From: Eledone cirrhosa
Taxonomy: Eukaryota
Assembly (NCBI GenBank): GCA_964016885.1
Contig: OZ024760.1
Location: forward strand, 5,642,001-5,706,000
Length of the DNA stretch: 64,000 nt
Reading direction: 5' to 3'
Part shown: in pieces, positions 40,841 through 54,600 of the stretch
Position numbering within the stretch: the stretch's first letter is position 1
Layout of the letters: every line of letters starts with the position of its first letter
Program-made: the position numbers and the translations under genes
Notes under the pieces: model-generated
Told to the model about the DNA's origin: nothing
The model's database searches: none
Seen by the model: the letters and a program-made list of their open reading frames with translations, nothing else

Positions 40841-43800
40841 CATGTCTCAAAGAGGGGGTGGGGGAGATTGAAAGAAGTTATTTAATGAAGCGGCAAACAA
40901 AATTATACATCAGTGACATCTGCCACCATTTATGTGTGTGTGTGTGTGTGTATGGTGTGTGTGTGTGTGTGTGTGTATGGTGTGTGTGTGTATGGTGTGT
41001 GTGTGTGTGTATGGTGTGTGTGTGTGTATGGTGTGTGTGTGTATGGTGTGTGTGTGTGTGTATGGTGTGTGTGTGTGTATGGTGTGTGTGTGTGTATGGT
41101 GTGTATGGTGTGTGTGTGTGTATGGTGTGTGTGTGTGTGTATGGTGTGTGTGTGTGTATGGTGTGTGTGTGTGTATGGTGTGTGTGTGTGTATGGTGTGT
41201 GTGTGTATGGTGTGTGTGTGTGTGTGTATGGTGTGTGTGTGTGTATGGTGTGTGTGTGTGTATGGTGTGTGTGTGTGTGTGTATGGTGTGTGTGTGTGTA
41301 TGGTGTGTGTGTGTATGGTGTGTATGGTGTGTGTGTATGGTGTTTGTGTGTGTATGGTGTTTGTGTGTGTCTTTTTAAAAAATATATCTTGGTGGTAATA
41401 CTGTTGTTGTAGATGATGGAGGGGGTTGATGATGTTGTTGTTGGTGCCGGTGGTGATGGCAGTGATGGTGGTGGTGGTGTTGTCAGTGTTGGTGGTGGTG
41501 TTGTCGGTGTTGGTGGTGGTGTTGGTGGTGGTGGTGGTGGTGATGGTGTTGGTGGTGGTGGTGTTGCTGTTGGTGGTGGTGGTGTTGGTGTTGCTGGTGG
41601 TGATGTTGTTGTTGGTGGTGGTGGTGTTGGTGTTGCCGGTGGTGATGGCAGTGATGGTGGTGGCGGTGTTGTCGGTGATGGTGCTGGTGTTGTTGTTGTT
41701 GGTGGTGGTGGTGTTGTTGGTGTTGCTGGTGGTGATGTTGTTGTTGTTGGTGGTGTTGTTGGTGATGGTGGTGGTGGTGGTGGTGTTGTTGGTAATGGTG
41801 GTGGTGGTGGTGGTGTTGGTGGTGTGGTGGTGTTGGTGGTGTTGTTGGTGTTGTTGGTGGTGTTGGTGTTGTTGTTGGTGGTGGTGGTGTTGTTGGTGGT
41901 GGTATTGTCGATGATGGTGGTGGTGTTGTTGTTGGTGGTGGTGGTGGTAATGTGTGTCTTGGTGGTATTGGAGTTGTTGTTGGTGGTGGTGGAGGGGGGT
42001 CTATGTTGGTGCTGCTGGTAACAACAACAACAACTTCTGTCCCATCCACACCACCACCACCACCACTGTGACTTCTATGTAAATTTAGAGAGAAACAGTT
42101 AAGAAATGTCAAATATATAGTGACTGAGGATGGTAACAGCTGGGCAATGATGTGGAAGAATTGCTTAGTAAGAGAATATTTACATATTTACTATAGAACT
42201 AGTGTAAAACTAGTATAGACTAATATAAAACTAGTATAGACTAGTATAAAATTAGTATAGATTAGTATAGAATTAGTATAAAACTAGTATAGACTAATAT
42301 AAAACTAGCACTGACTAGTGTAGAACTAGTATAGACTAATATAAAACCAGTATAGACTAATATAAAGCTAGTATAAATCTAGTATAGACTAGTACAGAAC
42401 TAGTATAAAACTAGTATAGATTAATATAGACTTGTATAGAACTAGTATAGATTAGTTTAGATTTCTATAAAACTAATATAAAACTAGTATAGACTAATAT
42501 AAAACTAGTACAGACTAATATAGAACTAGTATAGGATTAGTATAAAATTAGTATAAAACTAGTATAAAGTAGTACAGAACTACTAGTAATAAATCCACCA
42601 TTATAGATTTGTTATATACAGCAGTCAGATCAATGAGATATTTTAGTGTGTTTATTATTGGTATTGTTGTTTATATCTGGACAAATATATGGACTGCATT
42701 ATATACACATACATACATATAATACATATACATACATATACACACATATATATATATATACATACATAGATACATACACATTCATACACACAGATACATA
42801 TACACATACATACAGATACATACATATATACATACACACGTACATACATACAGATGCACACACATATATACATACATACATACAGATGCACACACATATA
42901 TACATACATACATACAGATGCACACACATATATACATACATATATACAGATGCACACACATATGCATACACATACATACCGATGCACACACATATATACA
43001 TACATACATACAGATGCACACACATATATGCATACATACATACAGATGCACACACATATATGCATACATACATACAGATGCACACACATATATACATACA
43101 TACAGATGCACACACATATATACATACACATACATACATATGCACACACATATATACATACAGATGCACACACATATATACATACATACATACAGATGCA
43201 CACACACATATACATACACATACATATGCACACACATATATACATACATACATACAGATGCACACACATATATACATACACATACATACATACACACACA
43301 TATATACATACATACATACAGATGCACACACATATATACATATATACATACATACAGATGCACACACATATATACATACATACATACAGATGCACACACA
43401 TATATACATACATACAGATGCACACACATATATACATACACATACATACAGATGCACACACATATATACATACATACATACAGATGCACACACATATACA
43501 TACATACATACATACAGATGCACACATATATACATACAGATGCACACACATATATACATACATACATACAGATGCACACACATATACATACATACATACA
43601 TACAGATGCACACACATATATACATACATACAGATGCACACACATATATACATACAGATGCACACACATATATACATATATACATACAGATGCACACACA
43701 TACATATATACATACATACATACAGATGCACACACATATATACATACAGATGCACACACATATATACATACAGATGCACACACATATATACATATATACA

Positions 43801-46800
43801 TACAGATGCACACACATACATACATACATACAGATGCACACACATATATACATACATACATACAGATGCACACACATATATACATACATACAGATGCACA
43901 CACACATATATACATACATACATACATACAGATGCACACATATACATACATACACACATACATACATACATACATACATACATACATACATACATACATA
44001 CATACATACATACATACAGTGGCACACACATATATGCATACACATACATACATACACACATATAATGCCAACAAGGATGCAATCATGAACGAGCTATCAC
44101 ATGTTGACTGGTCTTTTACACACGCACACGTCTCCACCAACATCAAAACAACTTGGCAGGTCTTTGAAACACTGTCACAAATACATGTACAAAACACACC
44201 CCAGCAAGACTTGTGAAGTATCCCCCCCCCAAAACATGAAAAACTTATCAGAAAAAAATAAAAAGAACAAACAAAAAAATTAACAAACTAAAATACTGCC
44301 AACAACAACAACACACACATTCGACGGCTATCACACTGCTTGAATAAAAAATATATATATAACCTCCAACAATGTATGGACTTGTGATGCGCATGAAGGA
44401 TGACAGCTGCATAAAAAGGTGCAGAGCACTAGAAGTTGATGGAAACCGCGGAGTGGGGAGACCCAAGATGACCTGGGATGAGGTGATAAAAGCCGACCTT
44501 ACCCAATTACACCTCTCAAAGGCAATGACACACGACCGTGACTTCTGGCGTCACGCAGTAATACAGAGGACCCGACCTCCCATGGGTACAAGCTGAAGCA
44601 TATAGACAATATGCCCCCACACCCCCCACCGCAAGGTGGTCGTGGAGGTGCCACGGCAAAAAAAGCACCCAGCCCACACTGTAAAGTGGACGTGTAGGCG
44701 CCACGAAAAAGCACCCAGCACTCACTGTAAATGAGGTTGGTGTCAGGAAGAGCATCCAGCTGTAGAAATCAAGCCAGATCAGTTCCTGTATGAGCAAGGC
44801 ATGGTCAGCCGACCAGACACTGCCCACAACAGGACAACCCGTCTAACCCATGCTAGTGTGGAAGAACGGACGTAAAACGGTGATGATGATGATGATGATG
44901 ATGATGAATGTATGAAGACCATCATCAATAACCAAAGAACAGTTGAGGAGAAATGGGCCATTGAGAAAATCAAACTCAATCCCAAAATGTTCTTTTCATT
45001 TGTTGGCCCTCTAATTGATGAAAATGGTACACTCCAAGACAATGCTAAAACCATACAGAAACAATAATGCTGTGTTCCCTAATCCTGATATGGCTGATCT
45101 GGGCTGTATCAGTGATGTTAATCCCCAACACACTATATCGGACATAACGTTTGGCCCCTCTGATGTCTTAGCAGCAATAAACAAAGTTAAACACAATTCA
45201 ACAATAGGCCCCAATAGGTTCCCTGCTTGTGTCCTGAAGGTGTGTTGACACCAACTTGCATCTTCTCTAGGTAATCTATCCTTGAAAACTTTCTGTCCCA
45301 GTTTTCAAAAAGAGGAAACAAGTCCCTTGAAGTGAATTACCGTCCGATTTCACTCACCTCTCATATCATTAAGGTATTTAAGATGGTGGTGAGATCACAA
45401 ATAACTGACTTTCTTGAAAGCAACTATCTGCTGAATTCCAACCAGCATGAAGGGATTGCCTAACGCAGTTCCTGCATCACTTTGGTGATATTTTAAGAGT
45501 TTTGAGAGAGGGCTGCAATACTGATGTCATCTACCTTGATTTCAGCAATGCCTTTGACAGGGTTGATCACAACATTCTACTGAGAAAACTATCCAGCATC
45601 AGTGTCTCTGGAAAATTAATGCAATGTATCAAGTGTTTCCTGACAGACAAAGCCCAATATGTTGTAGTTGAAGGAGTACAATCAAGCCCAGCCAAATTCA
45701 GTTGTAGTATCCCACAAGGCATAGTGTTGGGCCCACTTCTTTTCATTATCTATATCAATGACATTACCTTCAATCGGATCTACTTGTTGTTATCCAATGG
45801 TCAGAAAAGGACAATATGCTGCTGAACGAGGATGAATTTGAATTAATCCACTTTGGAAAAGAGGATGCACTGAAACTCCCATATTTCCTTCCTTCAGGTG
45901 AAACTCTTGTGGCATCCAACAACATCAGAAACTTGGGAGTAATTGTAGACAACAACATAAGCTGGACCACTCATATAAACAGCAAAGTTGACATGGCCTG
46001 CAGGATGTGTTCCTGGATTCTCAGAACTTTCCAGTCAAGAAATATCCATACTATTATCCTTCTCTTCTCCACTTTTGCTCGACCCCCACCTTGAATACTG
46101 TTGTCCACTGTGGTCTCCCCACACAAAATAAAATATTGTCATAAGTGAAGCTCCTCAAAGGTCAATCACGGAAAAGATAGATGGCATGACAAGCCTTGAC
46201 TATTGGGGTCAACAAGAAAAGCTCAAACTTTATTCTCTCCAACACTGCCATGAGCGCTACATTATCTGCATGATGTGGAAAATATTCCATCATCATTGCC
46301 CAAATGATGTTGGCATCACCTTTAAGATACACCCAAAGCTTGGGCCTCGTGCTATCAAACTCGCATCTCATAACAACACTACGGCACAATTATTTCACCT
46401 CAATTGGTGCCACTCACTACATATATATGAACATTACACTACTCAAAATGTATATGTAGAAATTTATCAGTGAAAAACTCTAATCATTAACAAGGACAAG
46501 GGCGGTGGATTGGCAGTATCGGTAGAGGGTCGGACGCCATGCTTTGCAGCATAGAGTTACGGCTCTTTATGATCTGAGCTCAAATCCCGCCGAGGTTAAC
46601 TTTGCCTTTCATCCTTACGGGGTCGATAAAATAAAGTACCAGTCACGCACTGGAGTCGATTTAATCGACTTTCCCCTCCCCCCAAATTACTGGCCTTGTG
46701 CCTATATAAGAAACCATTATTAACAACAAGGACATGCGAAGGCGGTGGATTGGATTGGCAGTATCGGTAGAGGGTCGGACACCATGCTTTGAAGCATAGA

Positions 46801-47310
46801 GTTACGGCCCTTGCCATTCTGAGTTCAAATCCCGCCGAGGTTAACTTTGCCTTTCATCCTTACGAGGGTCGATAAAATAAAGTACCAGTAATACACTGGG
46901 TAATTGCTGGCCTTGTGCCAAACGTAGAAACAATTATTAACAAGGACATGCAATATCTTATCTATTAACTTTAACCCTTTTAAAATAACTTAATCAGTAA
47001 CAGTCACATACTTCTCTCACAAAAATATATATAACTTGATCATTTCCATGTTTAAACTGTTTTTTTTAAACTTAACTTTTACATTTTGTAGAATGATGTC
47101 ATAATGAGTGATTTTATGAATTACATGTTCTTACTGTTATTCTGGGTGGAATTTTATTCTGAAGCGTTTGAATAAACTCTGAAGACACCCGTCCTAAATT
47201 ACTAATCAAGAGTTACTAAATATAACTCACTATGTGTCATTCAATACAGGTAGAAATAATTGTTAGTTTACAAATGCTTTAACTCTTTGGTGTTATTTAA
47301 ACTTTAAATG

Positions 47311-47362
<52 letters not shown>

Positions 47363-47577
47363 CACATACACATATATATATATATATATATATATATTGT
47401 ACATAGATACATAGATACATATAGATACATATATTATACATACATACATACATATAGATAGATACATAGACATATATACATACATATATACATATACACA
47501 TACATATACATACATAGACACACACACACATATATATACATATACAGACACACACACACATATATATACATATACAG

Positions 47578-47620
<43 letters not shown>

Positions 47621-47770
47621 CACACACACACACATATATATACAGACACACACACACATATATATATACAGACACACACACATATATATATACAGACACA
47701 CACACACATATATATATATATACAGACACACACACACACATATATATATATACAGACACACACACACACA

Positions 47771-47810
<40 letters not shown>

Positions 47811-49720
47811 TAAATATACATATATGGAGGTACATGGCTTAGTGGTTAGAGCATTGGCTTTGCAATCGAAAGGTTGTGAGTTCAATTCTCAGACCGGGTG
47901 ATGTGTTGTTTCCTTGAGCAAGATACTTTATTTCACATTGCTCCAGTTTACTCAGCTGTAGAAATGAGATGATAGGGACTGGGGTCCCTATCATTCCACT
48001 GCAAAGTGGTCATGTAGGTGCCACGGCAGAATAGCACCCAGCACTCACTGTAAATGAGGTTGGTGTTAGGAAGGGCATCCAGCTGTAGAAATCAAGCCAG
48101 AATCAGTTCCCGTCCCACCCTTGCAAGCAGGGAAAAAGTGGACGTAAAATGAAATGATGATATATGACTGTGTGTGTGTGTTTATATATATGTTTGCAAA
48201 ACATATATATATATGTAGGAGACTGAGGTTAGTTGGACATGCTCACCGACATCCAGAGTTGACATTGCACTCAGTGCTCCTGAGGGAGCCCCTACAGGGA
48301 CACACTGGAAAAGGAAGACCAAGGTTAACGTATGTTGATGCACTAAGGTCAGGCACTGGTAGAGGGAATTGGGGGGAGGGGGGTTAAGGCTGCATAGCCC
48401 CACTTTCCGCCATGGCGATTGGACTGCATGCCCTGCTTTCCAGGTTACCCTTCACCACTGGGGACAGACGGGACGCCGCCTGGCGGACCGAGTCACGGAG
48501 CACCTCCGGGACATTCGTCTCGGGGGCAGTTCCCCCATCGCCCGCCACTTTGGTGGCCCTGGACACTCCGCACACCATCTCACAGTCTGTGGCCTACTCC
48601 AGTGCCACGGAACACCCGCCAATCGCCTTACGGTCAAACAACGTACTATCTTCATCTTACAGACCCACACTCCCCACGGCCTGAACTCCCCACCCTTATT
48701 CCTTTAGCGTTCCCCCCCCCCCCATCCCCCACTTATCCCCCACTAACACCACTAACACACCCCTCCTTTTCACCGCCCACCCCACACTAACAATACTAAC
48801 ACCTCCACTCCACCCCTCATCTGACCACCCTTCCCCAACTAACATACTAACATCCCTTCCCTCCCCTCTTCTCCTCCTCCCCCCTCCTTATCACACGCAC
48901 ACACTTACACCACCCACCCCACACGCAACTAACATCACTAACACCCTCCAACCCCACGCACACGTACCCACACACCCTCGTACACCACCAACTCTACACA
49001 CCCTACCCCCACTAACCCCCACTCACACCTGCATTCCACCCCTCCCCACCCCCCGTCTACTAACACCCACTAACACCTCCTCACCAAACTACACACACAC
49101 CAGTACACCCCACTCCCTCCATAGAACCACACACACCCTTCTCTCCCCACTCCACACTCACTCATCCCACTAACACCCCTACTAATACACACACACACAC
49201 ACACACACACACCCTCCTCACTCCAACTCTCACACCTACCCATCCTCGCCTCCCTACCATTCCGCTGACTGCTGCTATGCCCTTCCGACCACTGTCTCAG
49301 CACCAACTGACCACAGCACTTCCACTGCTGACCACTTCCTGTTGCGCGCGCACCCCACATCTCTCCTCTTCCGACCACCGCTTCTTGGATTACCCACACG
49401 CGTTCGACTTCCAACCAAAATCTCCAAACATCCGTGGAACTTACCACTTTTCAACCATCCTCTAACACCATCACCTATATAACTCACCCACACACACATC
49501 CCAAAACAATTTTTTTTTATCCACACGCCACCCACACCCACAACACGCTTAAACCACACACACATGCTTCCCACCACATATTTACACCCTCAGCCCCGAT
49601 TCCTCTCCCCCCCCCCCCACCCCCCTATCCACACACGCACAGACCCTCCGACACACAAAAACACCCCCCACACACACCTTCCTGAACATGCAACCCCGTT
49701 CTTCCCCCAACCCTCACTTT

Positions 49721-49757
<37 letters not shown>

Positions 49758-50177
49758 CTAACCACACACACCACCTTCAGCCCTCCCCGCTCGGACACCC
49801 CGTCTCCCTCTCCCCACTCCACCCACCTCCACCTCTACTCACCCCACACCCTTCCACCACCTGTTTACCCCCCTTTTAATTTCAGTTTATTTTGATCATG
49901 CCTTTATTTTTAAATGTTCTCATTCCTTGTATTTTGATCATGCTTTATTTTTATTTATTATTTATTATATTTTTGTCTTTATTTGTTAATTTTTCATTCG
50001 CACCGTTTCCTTTCGCTATATGTCTCTCCACCACTCCCCTACACACCTTTTGAACTCTCACCTGAAGAAGGGCTTATGCCCGAAACGTCGTCCTCCACCT
50101 ACCCCCCACTCTCCTGAGCGTGAATTTAATAAACATTTGTCGTACTGCCTCTCTGTTCTGTCCCTGTTCAATTTTTC

Positions 50178-50232
<55 letters not shown>

Positions 50233-51154
50233 CCCACACACAATCCCCTCAGTGGCAACAAGGAAGATTATTTGTTCCATTCATAAACACACACACGCGC
50301 ACACATAGACACACATGCACGCACACACACACACGCACATACATACACAAGAATCAAACTCATGACCATACGACTGTAAGCCGAACACCCTAACCACTAA
50401 GCTACCTGTACCTTCAACTAATAAAGGATGATGGCTGGTTGGATGTAAAGTGAGGTGGGGGAGGTGGTAGATTGCTATTGTTGAGATAGAGATGAATGCC
50501 TGAGGATGTAAGAAGACAAGGTATTCTTAGATCTCGTTATTCTTACACCATAAACCTGTCTGTATTATTCTACTTCGTTATCTCAGGCTATAAACTCGTT
50601 AAGGCATGGACTGCTCTATTGAAAAACCTCGTTAATAATGGAGAATGTTGTGCAATTCCTGCTGATGTAAAGATATAATTATTTCACAGGTGTGTGTGTG
50701 TACATGAGATATACATGTATGTGTGTACATGTGTATACATATGTGAATGTATGCATGTGTACATGTACGTATATGTGTGTGTGTGTGTGTGTTTGTATGT
50801 GAACATATGCATGTAAACATGTACATATATATATATATATATGTACATGTGTGTGTGTTTGTATGAGCCTGTACATGTATATACACGTGTGTTTGTGTGC
50901 GTTTGTCTGTGTGCACTACCCTTGCACAGTAAAATTAAGTTGGTTGCACAAAAGGAAATCTAGCTAGAAACAGTTCTATATGAGCAAGGCACAGTCACCT
51001 GTCCCAATTTGCCTCAAATGGGACAACCCATCTAACCCATGCTAGCGTGGAAAGTGGATGCTAAATGATGATGATGATCATCATCATCATGATACATATA
51101 TACATATATCATTTGAAAGAAACATAACACAAAAAATATACTGTATATACTATA

Positions 51155-51208
<54 letters not shown>

Positions 51209-51484
51209 AATAAAAAAATATAAAGAATATTGCTCTACATGGCTGAATACAATAAATGTAATCTCATATATTTTCACTAGCTCTGACAGTTGGCAGGTGA
51301 ACAGTGAACAGCACTGATGAAGGGTACTACCCAGAAACATTAGTGTCTGCAGTTCTGTTTACATGCCAACACAAGAGCAAGAATGAGGGGCTCATTCTAT
51401 TGACATGGCTTTAAAATTGAGGCTTGTTTGCACAATTGCAAATGAATCGAATATTATTATTAATATTCGAAAAACTCAGATTAC

Positions 51485-51548
<64 letters not shown>

Positions 51549-51558
51549 GTGTGTGTGG

Positions 51559-51607
<49 letters not shown>

Positions 51608-54600
51608 TGTTTGCATGTGCCTATGTGTATCTGCATGCATGTATACATATACATACATACATAGATATCATCATCACCATTATCACTGTTTAACATTCAT
51701 TTTTCTAAGCTAGCATGGGTTAGACGAGTTGTCCCATTGTGAGACAAGTCAGATCAGCTGACCATGAACTAATTTGAGTTTGGTTTCTATGGCTGGATGC
51801 CCTTCTTAACGCCAACCACATTTACAGTGTGGACTGGGTGCTTTTTATCCTAGCACCAAAATGACCACTTTATGAGGTGGTCAGGGCACTTCTTGTCGTG
51901 ACATCTACATCACCACTTTACGGTGTGATATATATATATATGAAAAAACAATATGGTTTTTGATAAAAATGAACCAAGAGTGCATTTGAATATATATAAA
52001 AAAAATGAGAAAACTCATCACAAGAACAACAATTAAAACAGCTCAATGTTGTCAAATACAACGATGGGCAAAAATGCCTTAGAGGACAGAGACCAGTGGC
52101 CTGTGGTCAACAGAGAGACAATCCACAAAATGGCCGACAGGCATTCTTGCCCATCGCTGTCTTTGACAGCATTTAGCTGTTTTAACAGCTGTTCTAATGA
52201 GTTTTCTCATTTTTATATGTATATATATATATAAAACAGTGTTGTAGTTTGCTTGAAGCATTGTTGAATAGGAAATATAAATTTAAATAATTTTAAAAGC
52301 CATACAATGCATTAAAAAATGTAATTATCCCAAATATTTTCGGGTTTAAAAAAAAAAAAAATACATATATATATATATATATTTAAAGAAATTTGTTTTC
52401 AAATATAAAAACTGGAAAGGTGTAGGTGAAAAAGTTATATCAGCTCAAAATACAGTAATTTATTATATTAAACTGTACACAAGGCTACATATAATATTTC
52501 TTTAAGAAAACATTTATATGAATTCCTATTGTGTTAAATTAATTACACGAGGAACAAATTATTCATTAAAATATGTAACCAAACACGTATTCACATCATA
52601 ATTTGATTTACAAATGTTTCGTCCTCGTGACATCTAAATATATATACACACATACATACTTACATACATGGACATCCCACATAAATACTAGATAAATGAC
52701 CAACATAGACAATAAAACAAAGACAAACACAAAAGTTTGATTAACTTACATGCTGAGTATCTTTTCTCTCTTCTCACATTGTTGTCTTAATTCATTGAGC
52801 TCCAGAATTTCTATGCTAAGAAATTTATTCTGCATTTCATAAGCTCGGACCATATCCTGGTGTAAAAAACGAAGAATTGGTCAGCAATTCTAACCCTTTT
52901 GATACCAAACTGCCTAAAAACTACCCTTCATTTTATGATGCATAACTGTATATATTTGTTAAGTTTTCTTGAATGATACTGTTAACCCTTTAATGTTCAA
53001 ACCGGCTAAAACCGGCCAGAATTTTCTACCTCTTTCTGTTGAAACTGGCTGTAACTGGTCGCCCAAACTGATGTTAAGGTATTGTTCTCAAAATAAATAC
53101 TTTCAAAATCTCATAGATTCGATATTATGTGACATAATTATGTGAGGTAAAGCCTTTACAATGAAAATATAATAGTATATATAGAGTAATGTGAATGTTA
53201 AAGGGTTAATCTTTTATTCACAGTTGTATAAAAAATATAATATAATGGTTACACAACGAAAACATAAACACATATAATATAAGAAATAGAAGCTTTTGCC
53301 GTATTTTTGACTAATTTCAAACTCGCTTGCTGTTTCAAAACAAACTTACTTGACAAATATATACAAAGGAGGTAATACATACATTTAGGACAACATACGA
53401 CCAAAGGGAGGCGAAAGGGGTGGACAAACAAACCACTACCGAGCAAAAGATAACAGTATCATGAGGAACACTGGGAAACTTCTCTAATAATTTTTGAGGC
53501 AAGCCAGCACACTTGCAGCATTACCTTGAGTGATAGCAAGGCTGAGGTGCTGGAACAACCAAGCGCCTTCAGAAGTATCACCAGTTACCTGTTAAGTTAC
53601 ATTCCAAACACCAGTTTAATAACGAAAAAGTTAGTTATATTCTTGAATCCCTCCAAATTCTCAGTTATTTTCAAAATTATTTGATAACACTTTCATTACT
53701 ATATTTCTAATGAAATATAGTAATGAAAGTGTTAATAAGGAGAAAGTTAGTTATATTATTAAACCACTCCAAATTCTTGATTATTTGAAAACCATAGACT
53801 GGTTATCATCTGAAATGTAGTAATGAAAGGGTAAATAATAAGAAAGTTATATTACTAAATCCCTCTGAATTCTTGATTTTCAAAATTATTTGAAAACCTT
53901 AGGCAGTGTCTTTCATTAGAAATATGGTATAAAATTTCCATCATAATTTTATGTAAGAACCTTTGTAGAGCCATGTTCCGAACACTAACTTAACCCTTTA
54001 ACATTTAAACTGGCTATATCCGGCCAGAATTCTTTCACCTCTTTCTCTTCAAACCAGTGGTAACCGGCTGCTCATACTTATGTTAAGGTATTGTTCTCAA
54101 AATAAATAATATCAAAATCTCATAGATTCAATATTATGTGAGATAATTATGTGACTTAAAGCCTTTTCTGTGAAAATACAACAGAAAATATAGAGTAATG
54201 TAAATGTTAAAAGGTTAATAATGAGAAAGTAGTTACATTAACTAAATCCCTCCAAATTCTTGATTATTTTCAAAACTATTAGAAAACCTCAAGCAGTGTC
54301 TTTCATTAGGGATATGGCGACAAAAAGAGTTATGAGTTAACCAGCCAGATAAAACTGGAAGGTAAAAATACTTACATTCAGAGTTTCAATCCTACGGAAA
54401 TTATCACTGAGGGTTCTAGTTGTGACATTGTCCTCATTATACCAAGTAGCTGACATGTCTTTTTGGCTTGTCTTTGATAATTGTTCCAACTGTTTAGCCT
54501 GCTGTGTTATATAGTCCTCTTTTTCTTTCACTTCATCTTGTAATTTCTTTACTTGCAACTGTAAAGCCTCATTTTCATTTGCTGTTTTCCTGTAAAAAAA

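Noticed and set aside
41413-42065. Gly/Val-rich or His/Gln-rich ORFs (also 17293-17634)
   Set aside because: (GGT/GAT)n trinucleotide tracts within introns, with no phase-compatible splice sites identified.
47826-47900. tRNA-like sequence with A and B boxes
   Set aside because: It is the head of a multicopy SINE and continues into the SINE body, so it is not called as a tRNA gene.
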